From Alkalispirochaeta sp. (lineage in GTDB: Bacteria > Spirochaetota > Spirochaetia > DSM-27196 > Alkalispirochaetaceae), in contig CBDESZ010000010.1 in assembly GCA_965242725.1 (NCBI GenBank), positions 1-37,014 of the forward strand: a stretch of DNA of 37,014 nt, in the 5' to 3' direction. The position numbers were made by a program, and so were the translations under genes. The notes under the pieces were generated by a model. That model was given only the letters and a program-made list of their open reading frames with translations. It did no database searches and was not told the DNA's origin. Positions 11,186-20,596 of this stretch are shown here, in pieces (the stretch's first letter is position 1; each line of letters starts with the position of its first letter).

Positions 11186-12571
11186 ATGAACGAACGAAGT
11201 TTTCCTGACGATTTTGTATGGGGTGTTGCAACGGCGAGCTACCAGGTTGAGGGTGCCGTGGATGCGGACGGCCGGGGAAGGAGTATCTGGGATACCTTTT
11301 CCCATACGCCCGGAAAGGTGGTACACGGGCAGACGGGAGATGTGTCGGTTGATCAGTACCACCGTTATCCAGAAGACATCGCGCTGATCCGGGACGCCGG
11401 TCTGCAGGCGTACCGCTTTTCAATTGCCTGGCCGCGGATTCAACCGGACGGGAAGGGTGCGCTGAATCCGGCGGGATTTGACTATTATAAACGGCTCTGC
11501 GACGGCCTGCATGAGGAGGGGATCAAGTCCGTTGCCACCCTCTACCACTGGGATCTCCCTCAGGCGCTGGAGGATGACGGCGGCTGGCCGGTGCGGGATA
11601 CGGCGATGCGTTTTGTCGACTATGCCCGGGCGTGCTTTGCCGAGCTCGATTCCCATGTGGATATGTGGATAACCCTGAACGAGCCGTGGTGCAGTTCCGT
11701 GCTCGGGTATTATGTCGGTGTTCACGCGCCGGGACGGACGGATCTCGGCGATGCGTGGGCGGCGGGGCACCATCTGCTGCTTGGCCACGGTCTCGCCCTT
11801 GAGGCGTACCGTGAGATCGGCGGCACGCGGCCCATCGGCATCACCCTGAATCTGGAAACTCCCCGCCCGGCGACGCGGAGTGATGACGACCGCCTCGCCG
11901 CCGACCGCGCGATGGATCTGCGGACGCGATTCTTTCTCGACCCCGTTATCGGCAGGGGATATCCTGAGCGGCATTTTGCGGCGTATCCCGACGTAGCCCG
12001 CCCGCCGGTGCAGAAGGGCGATATGGAGCTGATCGCGGGGAAGATCGATTTTCTCGGGCTGAATTTCTACCATGAGCCGGTGATCGCCGCGGATCGTCGC
12101 GATGCCGCAGATGGTGAAAGGAATCGCCCGGCGCCGGCGCGCCATCCGGAAGGTTTCAGGGAAGTTCCGTCACACCACGAGACGACGGAGATGGGATGGC
12201 CGGTGACGCCCCGCGGCTTGTACCGCCACCTGCGCCGCATCCGGGATCACGTGGAGGGACGCTTTCCCTTCTACATCACCGAGAACGGTTGCGCCATGCC
12301 CGACGAGTTGAGTGCCGACGGGATGCGCTGTCACGATCCCCGGCGGATATCCTATCTGCGGGAGCATTTCAAGGCGGCCCTTGATGCAATCGAGGACGGA
12401 GTTGATTTGCGTGGGTATTTTGTCTGGAGTCTTGTTGACAACTTCGAATGGTCTTTTGGATATACGAAGCGATTCGGTATCGTCTACGCTGACTATATCA
12501 ACGCCCGGAGAGTTCCGAAGGACAGTTACTACTTCCTCCGGGAAGTCGTCTCCGGGGCGGAAGATCTGTGA
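11186..12571 (+). CDS. Beta-glucosidase, GH1
   Basis: 'FVWGVATASYQVEG', 'TLYHWDLPQ', catalytic 'TLNEP' and 'ITENG', and 'DNFEW'. Intact ORF. Confidence 0.95.
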   Translation: MNERSFPDDFVWGVATASYQVEGAVDADGRGRSIWDTFSHTPGKVVHGQTGDVSVDQYHRYPEDIALIRDAGLQAYRFSIAWPRIQPDGKGALNPAGFDYYKRLCDGLHEEGIKSVATLYHWDLPQALEDDGGWPVRDTAMRFVDYARACFAELDSHVDMWITLNEPWCSSVLGYYVGVHAPGRTDLGDAWAAGHHLLLGHGLALEAYREIGGTRPIGITLNLETPRPATRSDDDRLAADRAMDLRTRFFLDPVIGRGYPERHFAAYPDVARPPVQKGDMELIAGKIDFLGLNFYHEPVIAADRRDAADGERNRPAPARHPEGFREVPSHHETTEMGWPVTPRGLYRHLRRIRDHVEGRFPFYITENGCAMPDELSADGMRCHDPRRISYLREHFKAALDAIEDGVDLRGYFVWSLVDNFEWSFGYTKRFGIVYADYINARRVPKDSYYFLREVVSGAEDL

Positions 12572-12575
12572 CCCC

Positions 12576-12968
12576 TTACGTGCGTTCCTGAAAAAACTCT
12601 ATCTCTTCTCCGTCCGGACCTGCGACAAAAGAAATCGTTACGGGAAACGACGGAGTCGAGGGGATATCCACATCCTGGGGCGGACGGATTTCCGCACCAC
12701 CCGCGGCGAGTGCGATCTCGTGGGCTGCGCGGCAGTCGGGCACCTTCAGGGCAAAATGAAGGAGCTGGCCCTGCGCCAGGGTGTGACCGGGCCGCTCAAA
12801 GACTTCAATTCTGCCGCCGTTGCCGGCGTCAAACATGACCGCCCGGTTGCCCTCTTCTCCCCAGGCGAGGACCTCCGGAAAACCGAGGCCGTCACGGTAA
12901 AAAGCGGTGCTCCGTTCAAAGTCGTTCGCTCCAATGGCGATGTGATGGAAACCCTCTGTCGTAATCAT
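12576..12968 (-). CDS. VOC (glyoxalase/bleomycin resistance) family protein
   Basis: 'FHHIAIGANDFERSTAFYRDGLG', 'HFALKV' and 'GPDGEEIEFF'. AAGGAG upstream of ATG 12968. Confidence 0.9.
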   Translation of the reverse strand: MITTEGFHHIAIGANDFERSTAFYRDGLGFPEVLAWGEEGNRAVMFDAGNGGRIEVFERPGHTLAQGQLLHFALKVPDCRAAHEIALAAGGAEIRPPQDVDIPSTPSFPVTISFVAGPDGEEIEFFQERT

Positions 12969-12970
12969 AC

Positions 12971-14494
12971 TCAACGAAATACTCCTTCCAGCAATGCTGC
13001 ACAATAGAACAATCTCTCATCCCTGCCGAACATTCCCGCAATCTGCACTCCCAGGGGGAGCCCGGCGGCACCGCGGCCGTGAGGAAGGTGGTGTACGGGC
13101 AGCGACACCGTGGGAACGCCGGCATAGGTCCACGGCAGATTCATGATGGGATTCCCGGTGGCGTCGATGCCTTCAGGCGCTTCGCCCACCGTCGCCGGAG
13201 CAATCCACACCGATGCACCGTGACGATCAAGCGCCCGATCGAGACGTCGACGCAACTCCTCCCGGCCCGCAACCGCCGTCGCGTACCGCTCGTCAGGGAC
13301 ATCTTCACCCCGTTTTATCAGGGCCTGACTGCGTTCATGGTAGAGCGAGCCGTAATCGGGCAGCCAGAAACGGTGTACCTCCGCAAACTCCCGGGCGATC
13401 ATTTCCTGATGCGCCCCGTTGATAGCTTCAATGTCGTCCATGATCGACACCCGCGTCACGTGGACGCCCAGACCGACGAGACGTTCAATCACCGATTCAA
13501 GGCCCGCCCTGCCGTAGCCATCCGCCTGGGCGAGATAGGCATCATCGGGAATGAGAACGGTACCGATGTGCCTGCGAACGATGTCACCCAGTCCCGGCGG
13601 TACCGCCGAGATGCCCTGTTGAGCGGGTTTTGCCCGCGCCGCTGCGGCAAGTACCTCCTTCACCGCCGAAATATCCGCCTCGTCGCCGTTCCAGCGGTCG
13701 GCGAGAACCTCCGCACCTCGTGTTGCGGTTGCCACATCGGCGGCGATGATGCCGACGTGATCGGCGGAGGGTGAAAATGGAATGACGCCGCGGTCGGATA
13801 TACGGCCGAAACTCGGTTTGTAGCCCGTAACTCCGCAAAAGGTTGCGGGGCGGCTGATGCTCCCGATCGTCTGCGTTCCCAGTGCGAGATGACAGTATCC
13901 CGCGGCCACCGCCGCTGCGGAACCGCTTGAAGATCCTCCCGGGGTGTGATGCGGGTTGAGGGGGTTGGTGGTCGGTCCCGGGGCAAAGTAGGCAAATTCG
14001 GTAGAGACCGTTTTCCCGAGAAGGATTGCGCCGGCCCGGCGGAGGCGGGCCACCGCTTCCGCGTCTCCTGCACGGGAACCGGCGGCCTGGTCGGCGTCGG
14101 GAGCGCCCGACGATGACGGAGAGTTCCGCACGCCGCCGTCACGGCCGTCACCGGGATGACCCGGTGCCCCTGCCGCCGTAAATGCTTCCGCCGGAAGCCG
14201 GGAGCCGCCGCGGGTGGGAAAATCCGCCGTGTGAAAAAGATCCTTCACGCCGACGACGAGACCCGGTACCGACGGCTCCTCGTTGGATTCCCGTCGACTG
14301 CGGGTGAGTTCCCTGAGCCGACGGGCCATCCGTTTGCGCCGTTCATCTGCCGATTCGTCGGGAAGAAGGGCGCGTACCGTCTTTTCTTTTTCTCCGATTG
14401 TCGACAGCAGCGTCTCCAGCATCTCTTCCGAAAGGGGACTCTCCGGATTGTAGGGTACCGGCATCGGTTCTGCCGTCCTGTCGGACGCCATCAC
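12971..14494 (-). CDS. Amidase signature family enzyme
   Basis: 'GVKDLF', 'LLGKTVSTEFA', 'TPGGSSSGSAAAVA' and 'GTQTIGSISRPA' (Lys-Ser-Ser triad motifs). The start overlaps the CoA-transferase stop. Confidence 0.9.
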   Translation of the reverse strand: MMASDRTAEPMPVPYNPESPLSEEMLETLLSTIGEKEKTVRALLPDESADERRKRMARRLRELTRSRRESNEEPSVPGLVVGVKDLFHTADFPTRGGSRLPAEAFTAAGAPGHPGDGRDGGVRNSPSSSGAPDADQAAGSRAGDAEAVARLRRAGAILLGKTVSTEFAYFAPGPTTNPLNPHHTPGGSSSGSAAAVAAGYCHLALGTQTIGSISRPATFCGVTGYKPSFGRISDRGVIPFSPSADHVGIIAADVATATRGAEVLADRWNGDEADISAVKEVLAAAARAKPAQQGISAVPPGLGDIVRRHIGTVLIPDDAYLAQADGYGRAGLESVIERLVGLGVHVTRVSIMDDIEAINGAHQEMIAREFAEVHRFWLPDYGSLYHERSQALIKRGEDVPDERYATAVAGREELRRRLDRALDRHGASVWIAPATVGEAPEGIDATGNPIMNLPWTYAGVPTVSLPVHHLPHGRGAAGLPLGVQIAGMFGRDERLFYCAALLEGVFR

Positions 14495-15699
14495 ACCACT
14501 CCCTGGTTGCGCATGGCGCCGATCTGATCATCGTCGTATCCAAGCGCCCGAAGGACGGCCTCCGTGTGTTCCCCCAGCTCCGGGATGGGCGGGCGGGTCG
14601 GGGAGTCTTCCATGGCGCTCATCTTGATCGGATTTCCGGCGACGTTGATCGTTCCCGCCTCCTTGTCCTCAACGGTGACGATCATGTTCCGTGCCCGAAC
14701 CTGGCGATTCTGCATGACCTGCTCGATCTTGTTGATCCTGCTGTGGGGAATACCGAATTTCGTGAAGATGGATATCCACTCCCCGACGCTGTGAGTTCTG
14801 AAGAGCGGTTCCAGTATCGCGTTGAGCTCGTCCAGGTGCTGCGTCCTCTTGGGGTTTGTGGCAAAGCGTCCGTCCGCGGCGAGGTCATTGCGCTGCACGG
14901 CTTCGCAGAATTTGAGCCAGAGTGCGTCATTTCCAACGGCGACGACGATCCAGTCGTCGGCCGCCTGATACGCCTGAAAGGGGCTGATCGTCGGGTGGCG
15001 GTTCCCCAGCGGCTCCGGGCTCGTTCCGTCCACCTGATAACGGGCGAGGGCGTTCTCCAGAATTGCAACCTGGGCGTCCAGCATGGCGACGTCCACTTTC
15101 TGTCCCTCGCCGGTTGCGTTTCTGTGGTTGAGGGCCGCGAGAATACCCACCGTATTGAAGAGTGCCGCGCCGATATCGCCGATAGAGCACCCGACACGGG
15201 TCGGAGCCTGATTCGGCCATCCGGTGACGCTCATGAGCCCCCCCTCGGCCTGGGCAAGGATGTCGTATGCCGGTTTTGTGCTGTCGGGACCTGAGTGGCC
15301 GTATCCCGATGAAACGGCATAGATCAACCCGGGATTTATCTTCTTCAGTTCCTCGTATCCGAGTCCCAGTTTGTCCATGACGCCGGGGCGAAAATTTTCG
15401 ACGAGAATATCGTGTTCCTCCACCAGCTTCCGGAGAATCGCCTTGCCCTCGTCTGTCTTGAGATTGAGGGTCATGCTCCGTTTTCCCCTGTTGATGCTGA
15501 TGAAATAGAGACTTCTTTCATTCTTGAACGGGCCAAAGTGGCGGGAGTCGTCCCCGATGCCCGGCATTTCTACCTTCAGTACGTCGGCACCGAGATCGGA
15601 AAGGAGCATTGTTGTAAAGGGACCGGCGAGAACGCGGGTCAGATCAAGGACTTTTATCCCTGAAAGCGGTTTGTTGGGATGTGGTGTCTGTGTGGTCAT
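14491..15699 (-). CDS. Family III CoA-transferase (CaiB/BaiF/Frc-like)
   Basis: 'LSGIKVLDLTRVLAGP', 'NRGKRS', 'VENFRPG', 'AYDILAQA', and catalytic-Asp region 'SIGDIGA'. Start placed at ATG 15699. Confidence 0.92.
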   Translation of the reverse strand: MTTQTPHPNKPLSGIKVLDLTRVLAGPFTTMLLSDLGADVLKVEMPGIGDDSRHFGPFKNERSLYFISINRGKRSMTLNLKTDEGKAILRKLVEEHDILVENFRPGVMDKLGLGYEELKKINPGLIYAVSSGYGHSGPDSTKPAYDILAQAEGGLMSVTGWPNQAPTRVGCSIGDIGAALFNTVGILAALNHRNATGEGQKVDVAMLDAQVAILENALARYQVDGTSPEPLGNRHPTISPFQAYQAADDWIVVAVGNDALWLKFCEAVQRNDLAADGRFATNPKRTQHLDELNAILEPLFRTHSVGEWISIFTKFGIPHSRINKIEQVMQNRQVRARNMIVTVEDKEAGTINVAGNPIKMSAMEDSPTRPPIPELGEHTEAVLRALGYDDDQIGAMRNQGVV

Positions 15700-15737
15700 T
15701 GGGAGATTGTACACCGGATTTGGACTTCTGCGAATAT

Positions 15738-15772
15738 AAAATGGGCCGCCCCGCTCGAGCGGGGCGGCCCAT
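15738..15772 (-). terminator. Intrinsic terminator after the cyclase gene
   Basis: 32-bp perfect palindrome ATGGGCCGCCCCGCTC/GAGCGGGGCGGCCCAT followed on the minus strand by a short T-run. Confidence 0.7.
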
Positions 15773-15803
15773 ACGTTTCATCTCAAAATGATTGTGGAGC
15801 TCG

Positions 15804-16700
15804 TTACTTGGCGTTCTTTGCCCGTTTCCGGCCTTCTTCGACGAGCCAGGGGTTTTCCGCACGGGCGACGTCACCAAACTTCGTCAGTTTCGCCTTGGCC
15901 TTTTGCGCCATCTTCTCTTCATAGGTCTTGTCGTCCACAAAGGCGACGATACGGGAAATCGATGATTCACCGTCAACAAAGCGCCAGGGAAAACAGCCGA
16001 TCGTGACCCGCTCATTGAGGAGGAGGTCAATATCGCCGCCTACACATTCGGCGTGGATGATACCGTGGGGAAACATCTCGATATGCATGAGCTGATACTT
16101 GTCATCGGTGAAGACCTCGGTCAGACCCTTGCCGTACTTCTTCTGGAAGTGAGCGTCACATTCCGCGGCCTGACGGGGCATCCAGTCCCGGATTTTTGTG
16201 TTCATGGGATGGTCCGCACTTCCGCAATCGACGCCGATCCAGCGAAGTTTTTTCTTCTTTGCCCATTCCGCAAACTCGCGGTCCGGTCCGGGGTGCTTCA
16301 CCATGTAGGTGACCTCGTCGCCGGTGGGCTGGTCCCAACCGTACTGATGGTATCCGGTGGAGATGATGAGGATGTCCCCTTCCTTCACTTCCACCCGTTC
16401 TTCAATCATCTTGGACGTGTACACGTCATACTCACCGGCGACGTCGGACAAGTCGACAATCACGCCGTCATGGACAAGGAAATCCATATCGAGACTTGCG
16501 ATATCCTTTCCGGGTGTGTGGAAATGGATCTCTCCGTCCAGATGCGTTCCCAGGTGGTTGGAGTGCGTCACCAGCTGACCGTTTGCGCCATTGGGGGCGA
16601 GGCGCTTGAAGTATTTGACCTGCAGCGGTTCATATGTAGGCCAGGGAGGCGTCCCGATTCCCAGAGGCATCGTAAGATCGATAATCTTCATATTGTTCAT
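15804..16700 (-). CDS. Cyclase family (kynurenine formamidase-like) metal-dependent hydrolase
   Basis: 'IIDLTMPL', metal motif 'HLGTHLD' (HxGTHxD), 'GDILII', 'HPG' and 'IGVD'. TATAAT and AAGGAG upstream of ATG 16700. Confidence 0.88.
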   Translation of the reverse strand: MNNMKIIDLTMPLGIGTPPWPTYEPLQVKYFKRLAPNGANGQLVTHSNHLGTHLDGEIHFHTPGKDIASLDMDFLVHDGVIVDLSDVAGEYDVYTSKMIEERVEVKEGDILIISTGYHQYGWDQPTGDEVTYMVKHPGPDREFAEWAKKKKLRWIGVDCGSADHPMNTKIRDWMPRQAAECDAHFQKKYGKGLTEVFTDDKYQLMHIEMFPHGIIHAECVGGDIDLLLNERVTIGCFPWRFVDGESSISRIVAFVDDKTYEEKMAQKAKAKLTKFGDVARAENPWLVEEGRKRAKNAK

Positions 16701-16809
16701 CAAATTGCTCCTTCTGTTGATGTTCCATTCCATTATAACGCCGAAACGCGATTGATGCACCTCGTCTGCCGGCCTGTACGGACCTATGGAAATCGCATAG
16801 GATTACCTC

Positions 16810-19800
16810 ATGCAGACAGCGAACGACCGGGACTTGACTCCCACCGATTACGGCCTGGATTTTCCACATACCGATCACGACCATCGTCAGCGAATAATCA
16901 ATTACATCAATTTCAAGCTTGCCACCCACGGGTTGGCCGCCGTGCCCGGCAACGACGAATCAATGCTTCAACTTGCCGACGGCGTTGTACGGAATTTTCG
17001 TGAAAAAAATCGCCTCCTGGAGGAATATTTACCTCCATCGGATATGCGAATCCAGCAGTTTCTCGACGCCTATCTTGGCGAAATCGACGGATCGGTGCCG
17101 CGCCTTCCCGGCAATTCATTTGTTCTGGACCGGTATGGGCTGGCGAGAGAGCTGTCACTTCCCCCGTCAAAGCACGGTTTTCACACGGATATCATCAATT
17201 CCTATCGGTTGAAGCAGGGTATACTCCACAACCCGAAACACGATCGAAGGACGACGAAGGGGGTGTTTCACGTTGCCGAGGGGGGGCTGCCGATACCTCC
17301 CGACAAGAAAGCCGTCCCGAAAATCGTCTTTCTCAATCTCCTGCGGGAGGCGCTGAATCCCCCGGATGACCTGGCGACCATTCCATTTACGATGGATGCG
17401 GAAACCCCCTCAAGCCGCTTTGTCAGCCTGATGTTGAAGCCGATCGTCCAACCCGAGATTCGCGGCGTCATAGAGAAACGCTATACCGAGATCCGCTTCT
17501 TTGCGCCGGGTAATCTGGTTGCGAACCTGGATTTTGTGGAGTCCATCTTCGGAAATGCCGGCGATCCCTACCTCCCGGAGAATGACAGCGCCCTCGATCC
17601 CCAGCACTGGACCGGCCACAGCGGGTGTATCATTCTTGCGACCCATCTGGTCTCCATGAAAAAGAAAGACCTCGGGCTGCCCCACATTTCAAAGGCGACG
17701 GAGCGACAAAAGAAGGATGGAATGTGCTGGGAGGACCCGGGTGACCTCTACAATGACGGAACGCCGTTTAAAATCACCGCCCGTGATGAGCGGGGAATCA
17801 TGGTCACCCTCATTGCGGACAACTACTTCGGATATTCAAAAAAAGAGGTGAAGACGCAGATCAGCTATTCGGCCAACCTCTTCGGTCTGGTTGAGGAGGA
17901 GCATGCCGGCGGTGCCCTCGCGTTTCCCAGTTACAACCTGGGTATGAAATTTGTCCCCGACAGCAATCTTCGGGCGCAAAAACACAGATTTGCCGATCTG
18001 CCCGCGCTCCTTGGAGATGAAATAGAAATCCGTCCAGAAGGCTACGGCGTGAACACCACGTATCGGGATATCATTTTTCTCCATGAAGATTCAGTTATCG
18101 ATCTGGAACTGCAGGAGGTTCGGTGGACCGATGACGAAGGCCGGGACCAGTCCCTGCGGATTCTCCCCGAGCGGACATATATCCACCCAACCGGTTTCAA
18201 GGTGCATATGGAGCAGCATCCCGTCTCGGGGGCGTGGCGTCTGGTAGGAACCTCCGCCGAGGGGACGCTGTGCCATAAGCCGTGCACCGTTTCCGGCGGC
18301 GGAAAGTCGGAGATTTCCAAAGCGCTGAACGATGCGATGCACTACACACCACTTATCATTGCGGACTACAAGAACGACATGGATCTGGTGGAGGAGATCA
18401 TCAACCGTGACTACAGCGACCGCTTCATCGATCCTCCGGACGGGGAAAACCATGTGAGCCGCAAAATCCTCTCCCGGGCCAGAAGTCTCGGTTCGGTCAT
18501 AAAGCTGCTGACTCCTTCTTCGGCAAATACGGAAGAGTTCAACGACTGGCTGAAGTCGATACCCCATCGGATCAAGGCGCTCGTCTTTCTGGTAAAGCGA
18601 TTTTATCATGAGGACTGGGGTAACAACTGGCGGGACAAGTTCAGTGTCGATGTCGTGAACGGCGCGAGCGGTAACGTCCTGAAATATATGGGCCGGCCCA
18701 TCATCGGAAGTTACCTTCGGGTGGGGATGCAGGAGGACGGGACGGGGTGGACGCACAAGCTTCGCCAGGACTTCATGCCCTCCCACAAGGTTCAATGGGA
18801 GGACGACATCTCCGCGAGCGTCGTCGTTCCCGCGGGATGGCTGAAAGGGCTCAACGAGGACTACACAAACCCAAGCGTCAAGTTTACCCAGAACTGTGAG
18901 TACCGTTTTTTTCAGCGTCCCGACGACGCCATTCACCGGGGATATGACAAACAGGCGGAAAAAGATATTTCCACGCCACCGGTCTTCCTCTCCAACTTCA
19001 ATCCCTTCCCCCGGGAAGAGGCGCAGGAGTTCATCGATCGCACTCTGGACTTCACCGATTACACCCGGCCGGTTCAGGACTTGATACGCTCGGTCATCGC
19101 CGACAAGGAAACACGTTTCTTTGCGGTACCTTCGCACCCCCGCATCGTCGACGGTGCTCCCTCAAAGAATCCGCGGTACCTCCAGACCGATCCGACACTC
19201 CTGAAACCCAGGGACAGGTATATCGCCGATCTGGGATCGCGTCTGTACCGCAAGATTCCGGCGGAACAACCGGTATACCACCCGGTAAATGCAATACTCC
19301 CAGGGCGCCGCAACAACCCGCCCGACCACGCGGCGGGGATTCGGCCGCTCGCGGTGTACGGACCGATCCACTATCAGGAACTACCGGAGCTCTTCATGGA
19401 TTTCATTTCGAGCCTTACCGGTAAATCTCCCTCTACGACGGGGGCGGGATCGGAAGGAGCGTTGACCAAAGGGCCCTTTAACGCGCTTGTTCCGACGACG
19501 GATCTCAATAACGCCCTTCTTTCCTACATCCTGACCGGTTACAACGGATTCAGTTCCGCAGCGGGATACATCGGGCCGAATTTCAAGGTTCAGCATGACA
19601 TCAGTCTTCTGATACCGGAAATGTGGTCACGGCTGCAGCCCTTTGAACGGGAACCTTCGGTTCTCATGAAAAACGGCTCCCTGGAGAAGGTGGAGGATTT
19701 CAAACACAAGGGAAAAGCGGTTCTCGCCAGCCGTCTGGGATACAGGATCACAAAGGAATTCGCCGTCAATTACTTCGGACGCGTCTTTGATTCTCCCGCG

Positions 19801-20274
19801 CTGGTCTTCAGTGACGAGATGCTCAAGCCGGAATTGCAGAATCTGGATGACTTTGTAGACGGAGTGAACAACATCGTGGAAACACAGCAGAAGGTCGCCC
19901 GGACATACATCGAAGACGGAAGTGTGGAAGGCGCAATCCCGCCGCTCAAGGCGCTGCTGTACATCATGGCCGAGGGATCGTACGAAGGGAAGACTGCGGC
20001 GGACCCGGAAATCCGCGGGCTCTTTGACAGAGAGTATGTGCTCAATTCCGAGTGGTACCGAAAACGCCTGGAGGCGTACCGTGACCGGGAGATCGCGTAC
20101 CTTGATCGTGAGATCGAGTACCTCGAAAAGGCACTTGAGAGCGGTTACGCCCAGAGTTCTGTGGTTCACGACTCTCTCTCGTGGTGTCGCCGTGAAGCGA
20201 TACGCATCGACCGTCCGGATTACCTCGACGTTCTGGTAGGGACACTCGGACGGGACGTTCTGTTCAAAGGCTGA
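16810..20274 (+). CDS. Pyrophosphate-dependent phosphoenolpyruvate carboxykinase (PPi-PEPCK, PEP carboxytransphosphorylase)
   Basis: 1154 aa. 'HNPKHDRRTTKGVFH', 'NLDFVESIFGNAGDP', 'ADNYFGYSKKE', 'EEEHAGG', P-loop-like 'CHKPCTVSGGGKSEISK', 'CEYRFFQRPDDAI' and 'TGKSPSTTGAGSEGALTK' match my recollection of the Entamoeba/Propionibacterium PPi-PEPCK family. Confidence 0.85.
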   Translation: MQTANDRDLTPTDYGLDFPHTDHDHRQRIINYINFKLATHGLAAVPGNDESMLQLADGVVRNFREKNRLLEEYLPPSDMRIQQFLDAYLGEIDGSVPRLPGNSFVLDRYGLARELSLPPSKHGFHTDIINSYRLKQGILHNPKHDRRTTKGVFHVAEGGLPIPPDKKAVPKIVFLNLLREALNPPDDLATIPFTMDAETPSSRFVSLMLKPIVQPEIRGVIEKRYTEIRFFAPGNLVANLDFVESIFGNAGDPYLPENDSALDPQHWTGHSGCIILATHLVSMKKKDLGLPHISKATERQKKDGMCWEDPGDLYNDGTPFKITARDERGIMVTLIADNYFGYSKKEVKTQISYSANLFGLVEEEHAGGALAFPSYNLGMKFVPDSNLRAQKHRFADLPALLGDEIEIRPEGYGVNTTYRDIIFLHEDSVIDLELQEVRWTDDEGRDQSLRILPERTYIHPTGFKVHMEQHPVSGAWRLVGTSAEGTLCHKPCTVSGGGKSEISKALNDAMHYTPLIIADYKNDMDLVEEIINRDYSDRFIDPPDGENHVSRKILSRARSLGSVIKLLTPSSANTEEFNDWLKSIPHRIKALVFLVKRFYHEDWGNNWRDKFSVDVVNGASGNVLKYMGRPIIGSYLRVGMQEDGTGWTHKLRQDFMPSHKVQWEDDISASVVVPAGWLKGLNEDYTNPSVKFTQNCEYRFFQRPDDAIHRGYDKQAEKDISTPPVFLSNFNPFPREEAQEFIDRTLDFTDYTRPVQDLIRSVIADKETRFFAVPSHPRIVDGAPSKNPRYLQTDPTLLKPRDRYIADLGSRLYRKIPAEQPVYHPVNAILPGRRNNPPDHAAGIRPLAVYGPIHYQELPELFMDFISSLTGKSPSTTGAGSEGALTKGPFNALVPTTDLNNALLSYILTGYNGFSSAAGYIGPNFKVQHDISLLIPEMWSRLQPFEREPSVLMKNGSLEKVEDFKHKGKAVLASRLGYRITKEFAVNYFGRVFDSPALVFSDEMLKPELQNLDDFVDGVNNIVETQQKVARTYIEDGSVEGAIPPLKALLYIMAEGSYEGKTAADPEIRGLFDREYVLNSEWYRKRLEAYRDREIAYLDREIEYLEKALESGYAQSSVVHDSLSWCRREAIRIDRPDYLDVLVGTLGRDVLFKG

Positions 20275-20353
20275 GACGCCGGGGACGCCTTTTTCCCGAG
20301 TTTCAGTAAATATCCACCCCCCCATGCCGATATTCAAGGCGTGAGGGGGTCTT

Positions 20354-20584
20354 ATGAAATGCTATGAGATCAAGACAACGCCTGGCCAACGGGCGCATAT
20401 GCGGATTGTCGCGGATCGACCTGACGGTCTTCACGTCGAAATTATCCGACATTTTGACGGGTATTCCACAACGGAACCGGACATCATGCCCCGCGAGCTC
20501 TTTGATGTGTGTCTCCGTACCGGCTATCTTGTCGTCATGCCCGATGCGGACGAACAGGGTATCCTTGCAGCGGTTGCCTCCTGA
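20354..20584 (+). CDS. Small hypothetical protein (76 aa)
   Basis: GAGGGGG RBS before ATG and the ORF fills the intergenic gap. Motif 'ELFDVCLRTGYL' resembles small spirochaetal hypotheticals (recollection only). Confidence 0.65.
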   Translation: MKCYEIKTTPGQRAHMRIVADRPDGLHVEIIRHFDGYSTTEPDIMPRELFDVCLRTGYLVVMPDADEQGILAAVAS

Positions 20585-20596
20585 GGGAGTGAGCAC

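Noticed and set aside
14070..14180. Low-complexity Gly/Ala/Ser/Asp insertion in the amidase as an intein or mobile insert
   Set aside because: It is only about 35 aa, has no intein terminal residues or flanking repeats, and looks like a flexible loop.
12971..14494. Amidase as GatA of the Glu-tRNA amidotransferase
   Set aside because: No gatB or gatC nearby, and the 'GTQTIGS' variant and operon context fit a catabolic amidase.
1333..15699. OFA transporter plus Frc-like CoA-transferase as an oxalate degradation system
   Set aside because: They are 12 kb apart in different transcription units, no oxalyl-CoA decarboxylase is present, and both families are functionally broad.
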